A stretch of DNA of 64,000 nucleotides, taken from the NCBI GenBank assembly GCA_011772495.1, contig WVZL01000016.1, positions 10,075 through 74,074 of the forward strand, written 5' to 3'. Below are positions 28,498 to 37,396 of the stretch, one piece after another; positions within the stretch are counted from its first letter, which is position 1, and every line of letters begins with the position of its first letter. Both the position numbers and the translations under genes were made by a program. This DNA is from Candidatus Aminicenantes bacterium. Its GTDB lineage: Bacteria > Acidobacteriota > Aminicenantia > Aminicenantales > Aminicenantaceae. The notes under the pieces are model-generated. The model was not told where the DNA came from, did no database searches, and saw only the letters and a program-made list of their open reading frames with translations.

Positions 28498-29184
28498 GTG
28501 TACGACTCAATGACTCCCCTGGTTTTGAGAAGAGATATTAGTATTGGAGACTGTCAGTGTGTTACAATGGGCTTAAAAAAAACAAGCCCAGCCATGGAGC
28601 CAGAAGAAAAAGACCAGGAAAAAGCAGTTGGCCTCATGAATTCATCCCGACTCGAGGATTTAATCAACCGCAGCCGAGAAGGCGATACCTTAGCTATTGA
28701 AGCTATATATGAGCGCTATAAACGTCCCATCTTCAACCTAGTTTATAGATATACCTACAATACGGCTGTGGCTGAAGACCTACTGCAGGATATCTTCCTC
28801 AAAATATTCACCAACCTGAAAGACCTCCAGAGAGTGGATACTTTTGTCGGCTGGCTCTATCGTATCGCTATCAATACCTGCTACAGTTATTTCCGTTCAA
28901 CAAAGACCCGGCTCCAAAAAACAGTCCCTCTAGAAAATGTGGAGAGAAAAATCGATTATGATGCTCTCGATTCTCAGGAAAGTGTTTTAAAAAAGCCCCT
29001 GGATGAGGCCATCCAGCATCTTCCGCCTAAATTAAAGAGTGTTTTTCTCCTTCATGAAGTCCAGGGATATAACCACAGAGAAATCGCGAAGATACTGGGC
29101 TGCTCGGTGGGAACCTCCAAATCCCAGCTTTTCAAGGCCAGGATGAAATTAAGAGAGTACTTAAAAAATAAACAACTCATCTAA
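28498..29184 (+). CDS. ECF-type RNA polymerase sigma-70 factor (with ~45-aa N-terminal extension)
   Basis: AAGGAGAGG lies 7 nt before the GTG at 28498. Region 2 is DLLQDIFLKIF..FVGWLYRIAINTCY. Region 4 HTH is HREIAKILGCSVGTSKSQLFKARMKLRE. Confidence 0.85.
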   Translation: MYDSMTPLVLRRDISIGDCQCVTMGLKKTSPAMEPEEKDQEKAVGLMNSSRLEDLINRSREGDTLAIEAIYERYKRPIFNLVYRYTYNTAVAEDLLQDIFLKIFTNLKDLQRVDTFVGWLYRIAINTCYSYFRSTKTRLQKTVPLENVERKIDYDALDSQESVLKKPLDEAIQHLPPKLKSVFLLHEVQGYNHREIAKILGCSVGTSKSQLFKARMKLREYLKNKQLI

Positions 29185-29196
29185 GGGAGAGAAAAA

Positions 29197-29904
29197 ATGA
29201 GATGCTCAAAAGCAAGAAAACTCATTAGCGAATATATAGATGATATTCTTAGGGCTAAGCAAAGGCTGCTTCTCGAGCGCCATCTCGAAGCCTGTCCAGA
29301 CTGTCAGGAGCTCTTGAGGGATTTTCGAGGAATCAGCAAAAAAGCCAAGAGCTTGGATAAACTCACGCCTTCCCCTAGGCCGTGGCTTAATATCAAAGCC
29401 AAGTTAGAAACAGAGCCTCAAGAGGTCCTAGCCCTCCCCTCTCCGAGAAAAGAATGGCTTAGAGCTCTCTTTTACCAGCCCCAGCTCAAATATGCTGTCG
29501 GGTCTGCTTTGATCCTACTGCTCGTTATCAGTGTCGTGACTCTTGGACTCTGGTTTTCAAAGAGGAAGGGAGTTATCGGGAAGGACGATAAGAACGGATA
29601 TACGTTTACCAAATTGAAAGAAGCCGAGCACCACTATCAACTGGCCATCAAGGCTTTAGAGGAGGCCGTTTTAGCTCAGGAAGGAGAGGTTGACCCTCTG
29701 ACCGTGGCTGTTTTCAGGAAGAATCTCGAAATCATCAATTCTTCGATCATCTCGTGTCAGCAAGCTCTCCTAGAGGAGCCCGATGACATTGAAACAAGGA
29801 ATTATCTGTTGGTCGCTTACATGGAAAAGGTCGACCTTCTCAACGAAATGATGAATTTAAAGAAGAGATCAACCCGAAAACCGGGTGAACAAATGACTCT
29901 CTGA
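29197..29904 (+). CDS. Anti-sigma factor (zf-HC2 type) with a single TM
   Basis: HLEACPDCQELL (H-x3-C-x2-C) at the N-terminus, a central TM (VGSALILLLVISVVTLGLWF), and position directly after the ECF sigma gene. Confidence 0.75.
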   Translation: MRCSKARKLISEYIDDILRAKQRLLLERHLEACPDCQELLRDFRGISKKAKSLDKLTPSPRPWLNIKAKLETEPQEVLALPSPRKEWLRALFYQPQLKYAVGSALILLLVISVVTLGLWFSKRKGVIGKDDKNGYTFTKLKEAEHHYQLAIKALEEAVLAQEGEVDPLTVAVFRKNLEIINSSIISCQQALLEEPDDIETRNYLLVAYMEKVDLLNEMMNLKKRSTRKPGEQMTL

Positions 29905-29925
29905 TAAAAAAATAGGAGGGAAATC

Positions 29926-30885
29926 ATGAGATTAAACAAAGTCCTGAAGATTCTTGGGATCTTCCTGACCCTATTTCTCTTCCTGGGGATATATTCCTCC
30001 CAGGCCCTTGCTAAAGAGACCTATGAAGAGAAGTTTGAGAAGACCGAGAGCCTGGCCAAGGACGGAGAGGTGACATTAAAGAACGTTTCCGGCGGCATAG
30101 AAGTCAAAAGCTGGAATAAGAATCAGGTCAAAATCGAGGCCCTCAAGGTCTCCAAGGCCTCATCTCTTTCCAAGGCAAAGGAAGGTGCGGCCCAGGTTGA
30201 AATCGAGATTGAAAAAGAAGACAACAGCCTCCGCATCGAGACTAAATATCCGAAAAGTAAAATTTGGAAAAAATCAGTCAGTGTCTCTGTTCATTACAAT
30301 TTATGGATTCCTGATAAGGCTTCCATAAAGATTAAATCGGTCAGCGGTAGTGTCGGGCTTGAAGAAATCGGGGGCACCGCCAAGGTTGACGTGGTGAGCG
30401 GAAACGTCGAAGTCAAGAAAGCAGATAAGGAAGTGGACTGCCAGACGGTCAGCGGCAAACTGATTCTTGAAGATATTACAGGAGACGCTTACCTGAAGAC
30501 CGTGTCTGGAAAAATCGTAGTCAACCAGATCAGAGGCTCCATAGATGCCGAGACAGTCAGTGGAAGCTTAGATCTTATAGAGGTTTCCGAAGCAAAAGTT
30601 GTGAAAGGAAAGGTCTTGAGCGGTTCGATCGTTTATGAGGGAGATATTAATCCCGAGGGGAAGTACAGGCTTAAGGCTTTCAGCGGATCTGTAGAGATGA
30701 TCCTGCCAGCTGATTCTTCTTTTGAGTTCGAAGCCAAGACTTTCAGCGGAAGAATCAGCACTGATTTCAAAGTCACAACCACAGGCGTGATCAAAAAAAC
30801 AGAAATGCATGGCATAGTCAATCAAGGCGGAGCTGATGTGACTCTTGAAACCTTCAGCGGTAACATCTACCTGAGAAAAAAATAA
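29926..30885 (+). CDS. DUF4097-type beta-strand repeat protein (putative adhesin-like), exported
   Basis: Signal peptide, then repeated V/TVSG-x-[IVL] units (VSGGIEV, VSGSVGL, VSGNVEV, TVSGKLIL, TVSGKIVV, TVSGSLDL, FSGSVEM, FSGRIST, FSGNIYL). Confidence 0.75.
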   Translation: MRLNKVLKILGIFLTLFLFLGIYSSQALAKETYEEKFEKTESLAKDGEVTLKNVSGGIEVKSWNKNQVKIEALKVSKASSLSKAKEGAAQVEIEIEKEDNSLRIETKYPKSKIWKKSVSVSVHYNLWIPDKASIKIKSVSGSVGLEEIGGTAKVDVVSGNVEVKKADKEVDCQTVSGKLILEDITGDAYLKTVSGKIVVNQIRGSIDAETVSGSLDLIEVSEAKVVKGKVLSGSIVYEGDINPEGKYRLKAFSGSVEMILPADSSFEFEAKTFSGRISTDFKVTTTGVIKKTEMHGIVNQGGADVTLETFSGNIYLRKK

Positions 30886-30905
30886 TCCCTTCCGGCTCTG
30901 AATCG

Positions 30906-30937
30906 AGGAGGAGGACAAGGTTCTCCTCCTTTTTTTT
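30906..30937 (+). terminator. Rho-independent terminator after the sigma/anti-sigma/DUF4097 operon
   Basis: AGGAGGAG (30906-30913) pairs with CTCCTCCT (30923-30930) around a 9-nt loop, followed by a T8 run. Confidence 0.7.
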
Positions 30938-31164
30938 AAAAAAAAGACTCAGCAGCAGGCCGTAGCCCTTCTTTCAAGAGATAATTTTTAATCCTCTGAG
31001 CTTTCTCTCATTCTTTATGACTCTGGATCGCGAATTTCAGGAGCCACTGACAGGAACCCAAAGACAAGTCTGCCTGAACTCAGGAGTATGTCTTAAAAAA
31101 CAGGAAAGCACAGAAGTACGATGCTCTGAACTGGAATAATATAGAGCTGTGGCCAAATCAGTGA

Positions 31165-31193
31165 TTGACAACAAAGCCAACCTATGTTATAAA
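31165..31193 (+). promoter_or_regulatory. Sigma-70-like promoter upstream of the PilZ gene
   Basis: TTGACA (31165-31170), a 17-nt spacer, then TATAAA (31188-31193). This leaves a leader of about 170 nt before the GTG at 31372. Confidence 0.5.
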
Positions 31194-31371
31194 TTTTCCG
31201 CGGGAAAATTGAGGCAATAAACTGCCATCCGTACCCAAAGCCTTGTTTTCCGGCATGCGAAGAGGACGGAAAATCGGCGTATAGAACAGATTCATTCCCG
31301 GGATCACCAAAGACAAGGAAGCTGGCGAGCAGGTCAACCCTGCTTGAATCTAGCGATGCAGAGGTGCTCGA

Positions 31372-31722
31372 GTGTCGGTGGAAAAACGAAAAGCTAAACG
31401 GGTAAAAAAAGAAAGCAAAATCATCATCAAAGTGATTTCTGAAGATATTGTCCCTCGCAACAAAAAAATCATCTACCACCTTACCAAGGACATCTCCTCC
31501 AAGGGCGTAAAAATCCAGACCAATACTTTCCTGCCGATAAACACCTTGTTAAAAATTGAGCTTTCCTTGACAAAGCCTCCCCGCGTTATCAAGGCGATCG
31601 GTAGAGTTCGCTGGATCAAAAGCCGTTATGCGGACGAAAAGTTTGAGATGGGCATCGAATTTGTTGATACGTCCAAAGAAAGCATTCGAACCCTCAGTAA
31701 GCATATCGAGAGCCTTCTGTAA
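31372..31722 (+). CDS. PilZ domain protein (putative c-di-GMP receptor)
   Basis: RxxxR-type KRKAKRVKKE followed by D-x-S-x-x-G (KDISSKGVKI). GAGGTG lies 5 nt upstream of the GTG start. Confidence 0.8.
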   Translation: MSVEKRKAKRVKKESKIIIKVISEDIVPRNKKIIYHLTKDISSKGVKIQTNTFLPINTLLKIELSLTKPPRVIKAIGRVRWIKSRYADEKFEMGIEFVDTSKESIRTLSKHIESLL

Positions 31723-31948
31723 TCATCTTTGCCCTCTCTGCGAGGTCCTCATTTCCCACCCCTTTTCGTATAAATTTACTATCTGGGATCGGGTCCTAAC
31801 TTTCAACGTATTGCCATCCTGATCATTTATAATTCTTTTCATTCCCGGGAATCAATTTATAATAAAGTCTGATCTCGGCTTTTATTGACTTGAAGAGAAA
31901 GCAAATATTTTTTAGAATACTTTTTTATTGTCTTGAAAGGAGAACGAG

Positions 31949-33001
31949 ATGAAGATGCTTCGAGTCAAGATTTATCTGTTGGTTCTATTCTTTCTCTTCA
32001 GTACTACTCTTCTTTCTCTTTCCCAGTCAAAGCCTACTCTGGAAGAACTTTTAGAGAAAAATGTCCAGGCGGCGGGAGGAAAAGAGAAATTATCTACCAT
32101 TGAAAATTATGCTTTCAAGCACGGCACGACCTCCTATTACATGTCTGCTGACGGTTTAATGAAGATAACCGAGGGCCAAGAGCCGATCGTCAAAGAAGTC
32201 ATTATTGCTGACCAGAACAAAGTCAGAAGAAACTGTTTTAATCAAATTTCCGAGATATCAGGTCTTGAGAAGTCCACATACCAATGCCTGGCTGGTGTCA
32301 GGTGTGGACTTTTCACTCTCATCAAATTCAAAGACCAGCTGGATTTTAAGGGAATAAAAAAATTCGGACCAAAAGAGTATTACCTGCTCACGACCAACAT
32401 CGATGATCTAAGAATTGAATTCTATCTTGATGGGTTGGAATTTACTCTTAAAAGGATCGTCTTTCAAGGCTTTGACCAGGCGGGCGGAAAATACGAGGTC
32501 AATCATGACCTGGGTCCGTACCAAGAAGTGAACGGGGTGAAAATTCCCTCTTCCTGGTTCGGTTCACGAGTAGGCACAAGAGGAAGAACTCACGAGATTG
32601 CCGAAGTGAAAATGAACCTGGAGCTGGAGAAAAACTTTTTCTCCGACCTCGAGGTGAAGGTCGGCAAAATCAAGGTTGATGAGGGAGCTCTTCAGGGAAA
32701 TGTCATAGAATTCATGTTTCGGCGGGACATCCTCATGATCGCCACCAACTGGACAAAAGACTGCCTCCAGAGAGCCGGGTTTAAAACTGGGAACAAGCTC
32801 ATCCTTCAGGCTGATGAGAAGAAGATTGAAATCGAATATTATGAATCTATGCCGCCAAGAGAAACTCTCACGCCTGGAAAAAAATTCATGATCCCTAACC
32901 AACGGAGTGAAAACTATCTTGTTTACCTTTGGTCTGCTGATTTTAAAGAGCTTGAAGAAAAATTAGAGCCTCTTTTACCTATCCAGGTAAGAAGAAAATA
33001 A
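31949..33001 (+). CDS. Hypothetical exported protein
   Basis: AAGGAG SD and a signal peptide (MKMLRVKIYLLVLFFLFSTTLLSLSQS). The N-terminal LEELLEKNVQAAGGKEKLSTIEN resembles LolA-like or DUF-type lipoprotein-sorting folds, but that is only a resemblance. Confidence 0.5.
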   Translation: MKMLRVKIYLLVLFFLFSTTLLSLSQSKPTLEELLEKNVQAAGGKEKLSTIENYAFKHGTTSYYMSADGLMKITEGQEPIVKEVIIADQNKVRRNCFNQISEISGLEKSTYQCLAGVRCGLFTLIKFKDQLDFKGIKKFGPKEYYLLTTNIDDLRIEFYLDGLEFTLKRIVFQGFDQAGGKYEVNHDLGPYQEVNGVKIPSSWFGSRVGTRGRTHEIAEVKMNLELEKNFFSDLEVKVGKIKVDEGALQGNVIEFMFRRDILMIATNWTKDCLQRAGFKTGNKLILQADEKKIEIEYYESMPPRETLTPGKKFMIPNQRSENYLVYLWSADFKELEEKLEPLLPIQVRRK

Positions 33002-33017
33002 GAAAAAGGAGGATCCA

Positions 33018-34214
33018 ATGGCAAAAGTTAGCCGTCGAAATTTCATAGCTTCCGTGACTTCTGGTGTTTTAGGCCTTAGTCTGGCTAAAGAAGTCAAAGC
33101 AGATTCAAAAGACAATCAAACATCTCCAGAGTTGTCTCCGATCAGTATTCAAAAATACAACCCCTTGGGAAAGACCGGTTTAAAAGTTTCTGATATCAGC
33201 TACGGCGCGATTTCCTTCTTTGAGCCCAACGTTCTCAGGTATGCCTACGATTTGGGAGTAAATTATTTTGACACCGCGGAAGGATACCTTCGCACCAAGA
33301 GTGAATCATTTATCGGAAAGGCACTCAAAGATGTAAGGGATAAGATATACATCACGACTAAGCATTTTTATCCTTCCGACCAGCAGATCAAAGGAGACGG
33401 ATTCAACAGAGGAGAGGTCATCAAGAGAGTGGAAGCGAGTTTGAAACGCCTCCAGACTGACTACGTTGATATTGCCATGCTTCACAACCTAGGGGACCTT
33501 TCCCTGCTCAAGAATGAAGAACTCCAGGCTGCCTATTCTCAACTGAAAAAGGAAGGAAAAATTCGTTACACCGGCTTTTCCACCCACAATGCCAAGGTCA
33601 CCTTGAAACAGGCTCTCGATCATGATTTTGCCCAGGTCATTCTTTTTATATACAACCATATGGAAGGCAAAGATATCGAGCCCCTCATCCAGCAGGTGCG
33701 CCAGAAAGGAATCGGAACTGTGGCCATGAAAGTTTTCGCAGGCGGAAGGCAGGGAAATTTAAAATCTTTTATCAGTCAAGAAGTCAGCTACCCTCAAGCC
33801 GCCCTGCGTTGGGTGCTGAGCAATTCCCATATTGACTGCTGCATTCCGACCATGAGCAGCTACTCTCATGTGGAGGAATACGTAGCTGCCTCGAAAAAGC
33901 CACTCAACAGGGCTGACCTCGAGTTGATAGCCGAGTACCAGCGTCAAGCCAGCCAGCATTACTGCCGCGTTAGCTGTCAAGAATGTCTTTCCTCCTGTCC
34001 CCATGGCGTGGCCATAAACGATGTTCTTCGCTATGGTATGTACTTCGAGGACTACCGGCTGGAAAAAGACGCCATGGGCTACTACGCTGGATTGGAGAGG
34101 GATAAGAAACCTCTCGACTGCAGCCATTGCACCGGATACTGTGAAAAGGCCTGTCCCTACGGTCTGAAAGTCAAAGACCGGCTCCTTCACGCCCATGAAA
34201 TTTTAAACGTATGA
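33018..34214 (+). CDS. Tat-exported aldo/keto reductase with a C-terminal Cys-rich (4Fe-4S ferredoxin-like) extension
   Basis: Tat motif SRRNFIASV. AKR motifs NYFDTAEGY, ITTKH and DYVDIAMLHN. C-terminal CRVSCQECLSSCPHG and CSHCTGYCEKACPYG. Confidence 0.8.
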   Translation: MAKVSRRNFIASVTSGVLGLSLAKEVKADSKDNQTSPELSPISIQKYNPLGKTGLKVSDISYGAISFFEPNVLRYAYDLGVNYFDTAEGYLRTKSESFIGKALKDVRDKIYITTKHFYPSDQQIKGDGFNRGEVIKRVEASLKRLQTDYVDIAMLHNLGDLSLLKNEELQAAYSQLKKEGKIRYTGFSTHNAKVTLKQALDHDFAQVILFIYNHMEGKDIEPLIQQVRQKGIGTVAMKVFAGGRQGNLKSFISQEVSYPQAALRWVLSNSHIDCCIPTMSSYSHVEEYVAASKKPLNRADLELIAEYQRQASQHYCRVSCQECLSSCPHGVAINDVLRYGMYFEDYRLEKDAMGYYAGLERDKKPLDCSHCTGYCEKACPYGLKVKDRLLHAHEILNV

Positions 34215-34273
34215 ATCACAAGATTAGAGCTTGAGGAATGAATCCATCAAAGATTTTATACAAGGAGGAAAAT

Positions 34274-35011
34274 TTGAGAAGATTATCTTTCTTCTTTGTC
34301 TTAATGGTCATCGGCTTGGCTATGGCAGCGAATGCGCAGCCCAAGTTTGAAGAAGATTTCATAAAGACTTCTAAGGGTGATTTGAAAATCACATTCATCG
34401 GTCATGGGACCTTGATGTTCACCTTCGAAGAGATGGACATCCATGTGGACCCTGTGGGACGGTATACCGATTACTCCTTGCTTCCTCAGGCTGACCTTAT
34501 CCTTGTCACTCACGAGCATGGTGACCATCTGGACCCAGACGTTATAAAGACGATCCGTACTGATAAAACGCACTTGATCCTCACTGAGAAATGCGCAGCA
34601 AAAGTCAAAGGCGGCTTCATCATGAAAAATGGTGATGTCAAAACGATTCAAGGTCTTAAGATCGAAGCAATTCCTGCCTACAATATCGTCCACATGCGAA
34701 GGGAAAACGTTCCCTTCCACCCTAAAGGTCAAGGAAATGGCTATATCATAACTTTCGGAGACAAAAGGGTGTATGTTGCTGGAGATACTGAGAACACACC
34801 GGAAATGAAAGCCCTTAAAGATATTCATATTGCTTTTTTACCGATGAACCTCCCCTACACGATGACTCCAGAAATGGTGGCTGATGCGGCCAAAGCCTTC
34901 AAGCCTGAAATCCTTTATCCTTATCACTTCGGGAATACAGATACCTCAAAGATCGTAGAACTGCTGAAAGATAAAAAAGACATCGAGGTCCGCATCCGGA
35001 AGATGAGATAA
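34274..35011 (+). CDS. Exported metallo-beta-lactamase-fold protein
   Basis: AAGGAGG lies 5 nt before the TTG at 34274 (LRRLSFFFVLMVIGLAMAANA signal peptide). The ORF-track ATG at 34238 has no spacer to its SD. HxHxDH motif LVTHEHGDHLD. Confidence 0.8.
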   Translation: MRRLSFFFVLMVIGLAMAANAQPKFEEDFIKTSKGDLKITFIGHGTLMFTFEEMDIHVDPVGRYTDYSLLPQADLILVTHEHGDHLDPDVIKTIRTDKTHLILTEKCAAKVKGGFIMKNGDVKTIQGLKIEAIPAYNIVHMRRENVPFHPKGQGNGYIITFGDKRVYVAGDTENTPEMKALKDIHIAFLPMNLPYTMTPEMVADAAKAFKPEILYPYHFGNTDTSKIVELLKDKKDIEVRIRKMR

Positions 35012-35128
35012 TCAAGAATCGAGGCCGTCAGCAGAAATAGACGCCGGATTAAACGTAGCGGAGAAGTTCAGGGAAAGACACCTCAAAGAGAAGGAAAAGA
35101 GAAAACACGACCAAGAGGAAAGACTGAT

Positions 35129-37396
35129 ATGAAAAACAGGATGTTGAGTCTGCTCTCTATCATTCTCCTTCTCAGTTCTTGTGGAAAATCTCCTGAGACT
35201 CTTTCCTCCGATCTCATCGCTGAATTTCCTCTCTTGAAAAAAATCTCTACTGCCAGAACGATTCGACCCCTCGAGTCCTGGGAAAAGAGTTACGAGCTGT
35301 ACGGATGGAGAAAAAACCGAAAACATGAAAAGTCCGCTGTGCTGATCCCCCGCACCAGGCGAGAAGCTTTTTTCAGCCTTGGCTTCTTGAACAAGAAAAA
35401 TAAGAAAATCATTATTACTCTGAAGCCTCTTCTTTCGCCAGGTAAGAGCACACCGCTTCTCGAAGTTTTTTTGAACGGGAAGGAGGTCTATGTATCTGCG
35501 TTCAACTGGAAAGGTTTCCGTAAGATTTCTGTTTCCACGGAAGAAGAGAATCTCTACATCGGGGAAAACTTCATAGAGTTTCACCTCTCACCATCTGAGC
35601 TTGAAGTTAAGGATGACTTCTGGTTGGCTCTGCGCGAAATTCGAATCGAGGAGGATATACCACTTGTGAGCACTCATCCTGCGCCAGAGCAGTTCAAGCT
35701 CGTTACCCAAAAACGTCTATTCTCGAAGAGAAGAGCTATCCAGCAGGCTTTGAACACCTCCTTGGACTATTGTTTTAAAATTCCCGAACGAGCGAAACTC
35801 GCTTTCTCATTCTCCTTGAAAACCCCCAATCCTGATGCTCTTTCCGGAGAGAAGCTAATTGTTCATCTGGAAACGGCCTCTGGAAAGAGTCGAATTCTGT
35901 ATGAAAAAGATTTTGAAAAAGCCTTCAGTAGAAGGAAAATCCCAGTGGAGATAGACATCTCAGCTTATCAAGGACAGATCTCAAAAATAAGCTTTGCATT
36001 CTCGAAGGATTCCCTGGACAGGAATTTCTCAGCGAGGTTATTTCTCTGGGAGCCCAGGATTCTCGCCGAGAAAAAGAAAGTCCCTGTTGAAGAAGCTAGG
36101 GGGCCGGAATTGAGTCTCCAGAAGCCTTTCAATATTTTGATCTATTTGGTCGACTGCCTCAGGCCTGACTATCTTCCTTTCTTTAATCATCAAAAGAATA
36201 TCGCCCCGAGGATGGAAGAATTCTCGGAAGACAGCATCATCTTCAAGAACGCCATTGCTCAAGGTTCATGGACAAGAGTATCTGTCGGGTCGCTCTTTAC
36301 GGGTCTTCATCCATTTGCTCACCGGGCAATCACCTTAAAAAGCGGTTTGGCGGACGAATTGACGACCCTGGCTGAAGTCCTAGAAAGGGCTGGCTACCAC
36401 ACCATAGGAATCTCATCTAATGCAGGAATCAAGCCGTACTTTAATTTCCACCAGGGCTTTCAATTCTTCAAATACCACTCTAATCTGAGTGGGGGGATTT
36501 CTGATAAACTCAATGAGTATGCAATCGCCGAGTTGAGGAAGAAGAAAACCCCCTATTTTCTGTATCTGCACACCATGGACCTCCACCGCCCCTACAAATT
36601 AAAGGAGGAATTCACCCCTTCCTTTCCTCCAGAGACTGAGGATGACAAAAGTCAAATGGTCTCGGTCAGGAGAGACGGAAAAATACTTTATAGTGTCAAT
36701 CTTAAGCAAGTCCTGGCTATGTATGAGGCCGCGATCCGACAGAATGATAAAAGCTTCGGTGATTTGATAGACGAGCTGAAGAAACTTGATCTGTATGACG
36801 ATACATTGATCATTCTCATGGCAGACCATGGTGATGAATTTTATGAGCACGGAAATTTCGCTCATGGAAAAACGCTTTATCAGGAAGTGATTCACCAGCT
36901 TCTGGTCATTAAACTCCCTGGTCAACTGAATGCAGGGAGGATCATTCATGAAAACGTCCAGACGATTGATGTTTTCCCAACCTTTCTTGACCTGATTGGA
37001 GAGCCTATCCCCTCCTATCTTTCCGGAAAAAGCCTGAAAAGCCTGCTACTTTCTTCGGCGACCCTTGAATCTCCTTTGCATGATGAGATATTTTCTGAAA
37101 CAGGATACGATTTGAATTTAAAAGCCATGACTGTCGGGCACTGGAAATTGATCCATAAAGCAAAAGACTGGATTGATAATCCAGATGAATACGAGCTTTT
37201 TGACTTGAAGAATGACCCTGAGGAAAAAAATGATCTCTTCCTAAGAAATCCGATTGCCTCCGATTATTTGAAAAGAAGGTTAAAAAGTTGGGCCTTAAGT
37301 CAAGAAAAATTGGCCAAACTGGTAAAAGGAGATGTCGAGAAAGTCCTTACCAAGAAAGAGATAGAAGAACTTAGGGCACTTGGATATATTGAATAG
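35129..37396 (+). CDS. Lipoprotein with a C-terminal sulfatase-fold (alkaline-phosphatase superfamily) domain lacking the CxPxR formylglycine motif
   Basis: Lipobox LLLSSC. From about aa 335 there are sulfatase-family motifs (NILIYLVDCLRPDYL, AQGSWTRVSVGSLFTGLHP, LYLHTMDLHRPY, IILMADHGDEFYEHG). The N-terminal ~330 aa are not recognised. Confidence 0.75.
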   Translation: MKNRMLSLLSIILLLSSCGKSPETLSSDLIAEFPLLKKISTARTIRPLESWEKSYELYGWRKNRKHEKSAVLIPRTRREAFFSLGFLNKKNKKIIITLKPLLSPGKSTPLLEVFLNGKEVYVSAFNWKGFRKISVSTEEENLYIGENFIEFHLSPSELEVKDDFWLALREIRIEEDIPLVSTHPAPEQFKLVTQKRLFSKRRAIQQALNTSLDYCFKIPERAKLAFSFSLKTPNPDALSGEKLIVHLETASGKSRILYEKDFEKAFSRRKIPVEIDISAYQGQISKISFAFSKDSLDRNFSARLFLWEPRILAEKKKVPVEEARGPELSLQKPFNILIYLVDCLRPDYLPFFNHQKNIAPRMEEFSEDSIIFKNAIAQGSWTRVSVGSLFTGLHPFAHRAITLKSGLADELTTLAEVLERAGYHTIGISSNAGIKPYFNFHQGFQFFKYHSNLSGGISDKLNEYAIAELRKKKTPYFLYLHTMDLHRPYKLKEEFTPSFPPETEDDKSQMVSVRRDGKILYSVNLKQVLAMYEAAIRQNDKSFGDLIDELKKLDLYDDTLIILMADHGDEFYEHGNFAHGKTLYQEVIHQLLVIKLPGQLNAGRIIHENVQTIDVFPTFLDLIGEPIPSYLSGKSLKSLLLSSATLESPLHDEIFSETGYDLNLKAMTVGHWKLIHKAKDWIDNPDEYELFDLKNDPEEKNDLFLRNPIASDYLKRRLKSWALSQEKLAKLVKGDVEKVLTKKEIEELRALGYIE

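Noticed and set aside
31200-31371. Possible c-di-GMP riboswitch (GEMM-I/II) in the leader of the PilZ gene. ACCCAAAGCC superficially resembles the ACGCAAAGCC core.
   Set aside because: I cannot reproduce the GEMM-I architecture (paired P1a/P1b helices with a GNRA tetraloop and receptor) or the class II pseudoknot from this sequence. The resemblance is a single ~10-nt string. A covariance-model scan would be needed before making any claim.
31860-31948. Promoter-like TTGACT ... TAGAAT upstream of the exported protein gene at 31949.
   Set aside because: The spacer is about 22 nt, outside the functional 16-19 nt range. The region is AT-rich, so hexamer look-alikes are expected.
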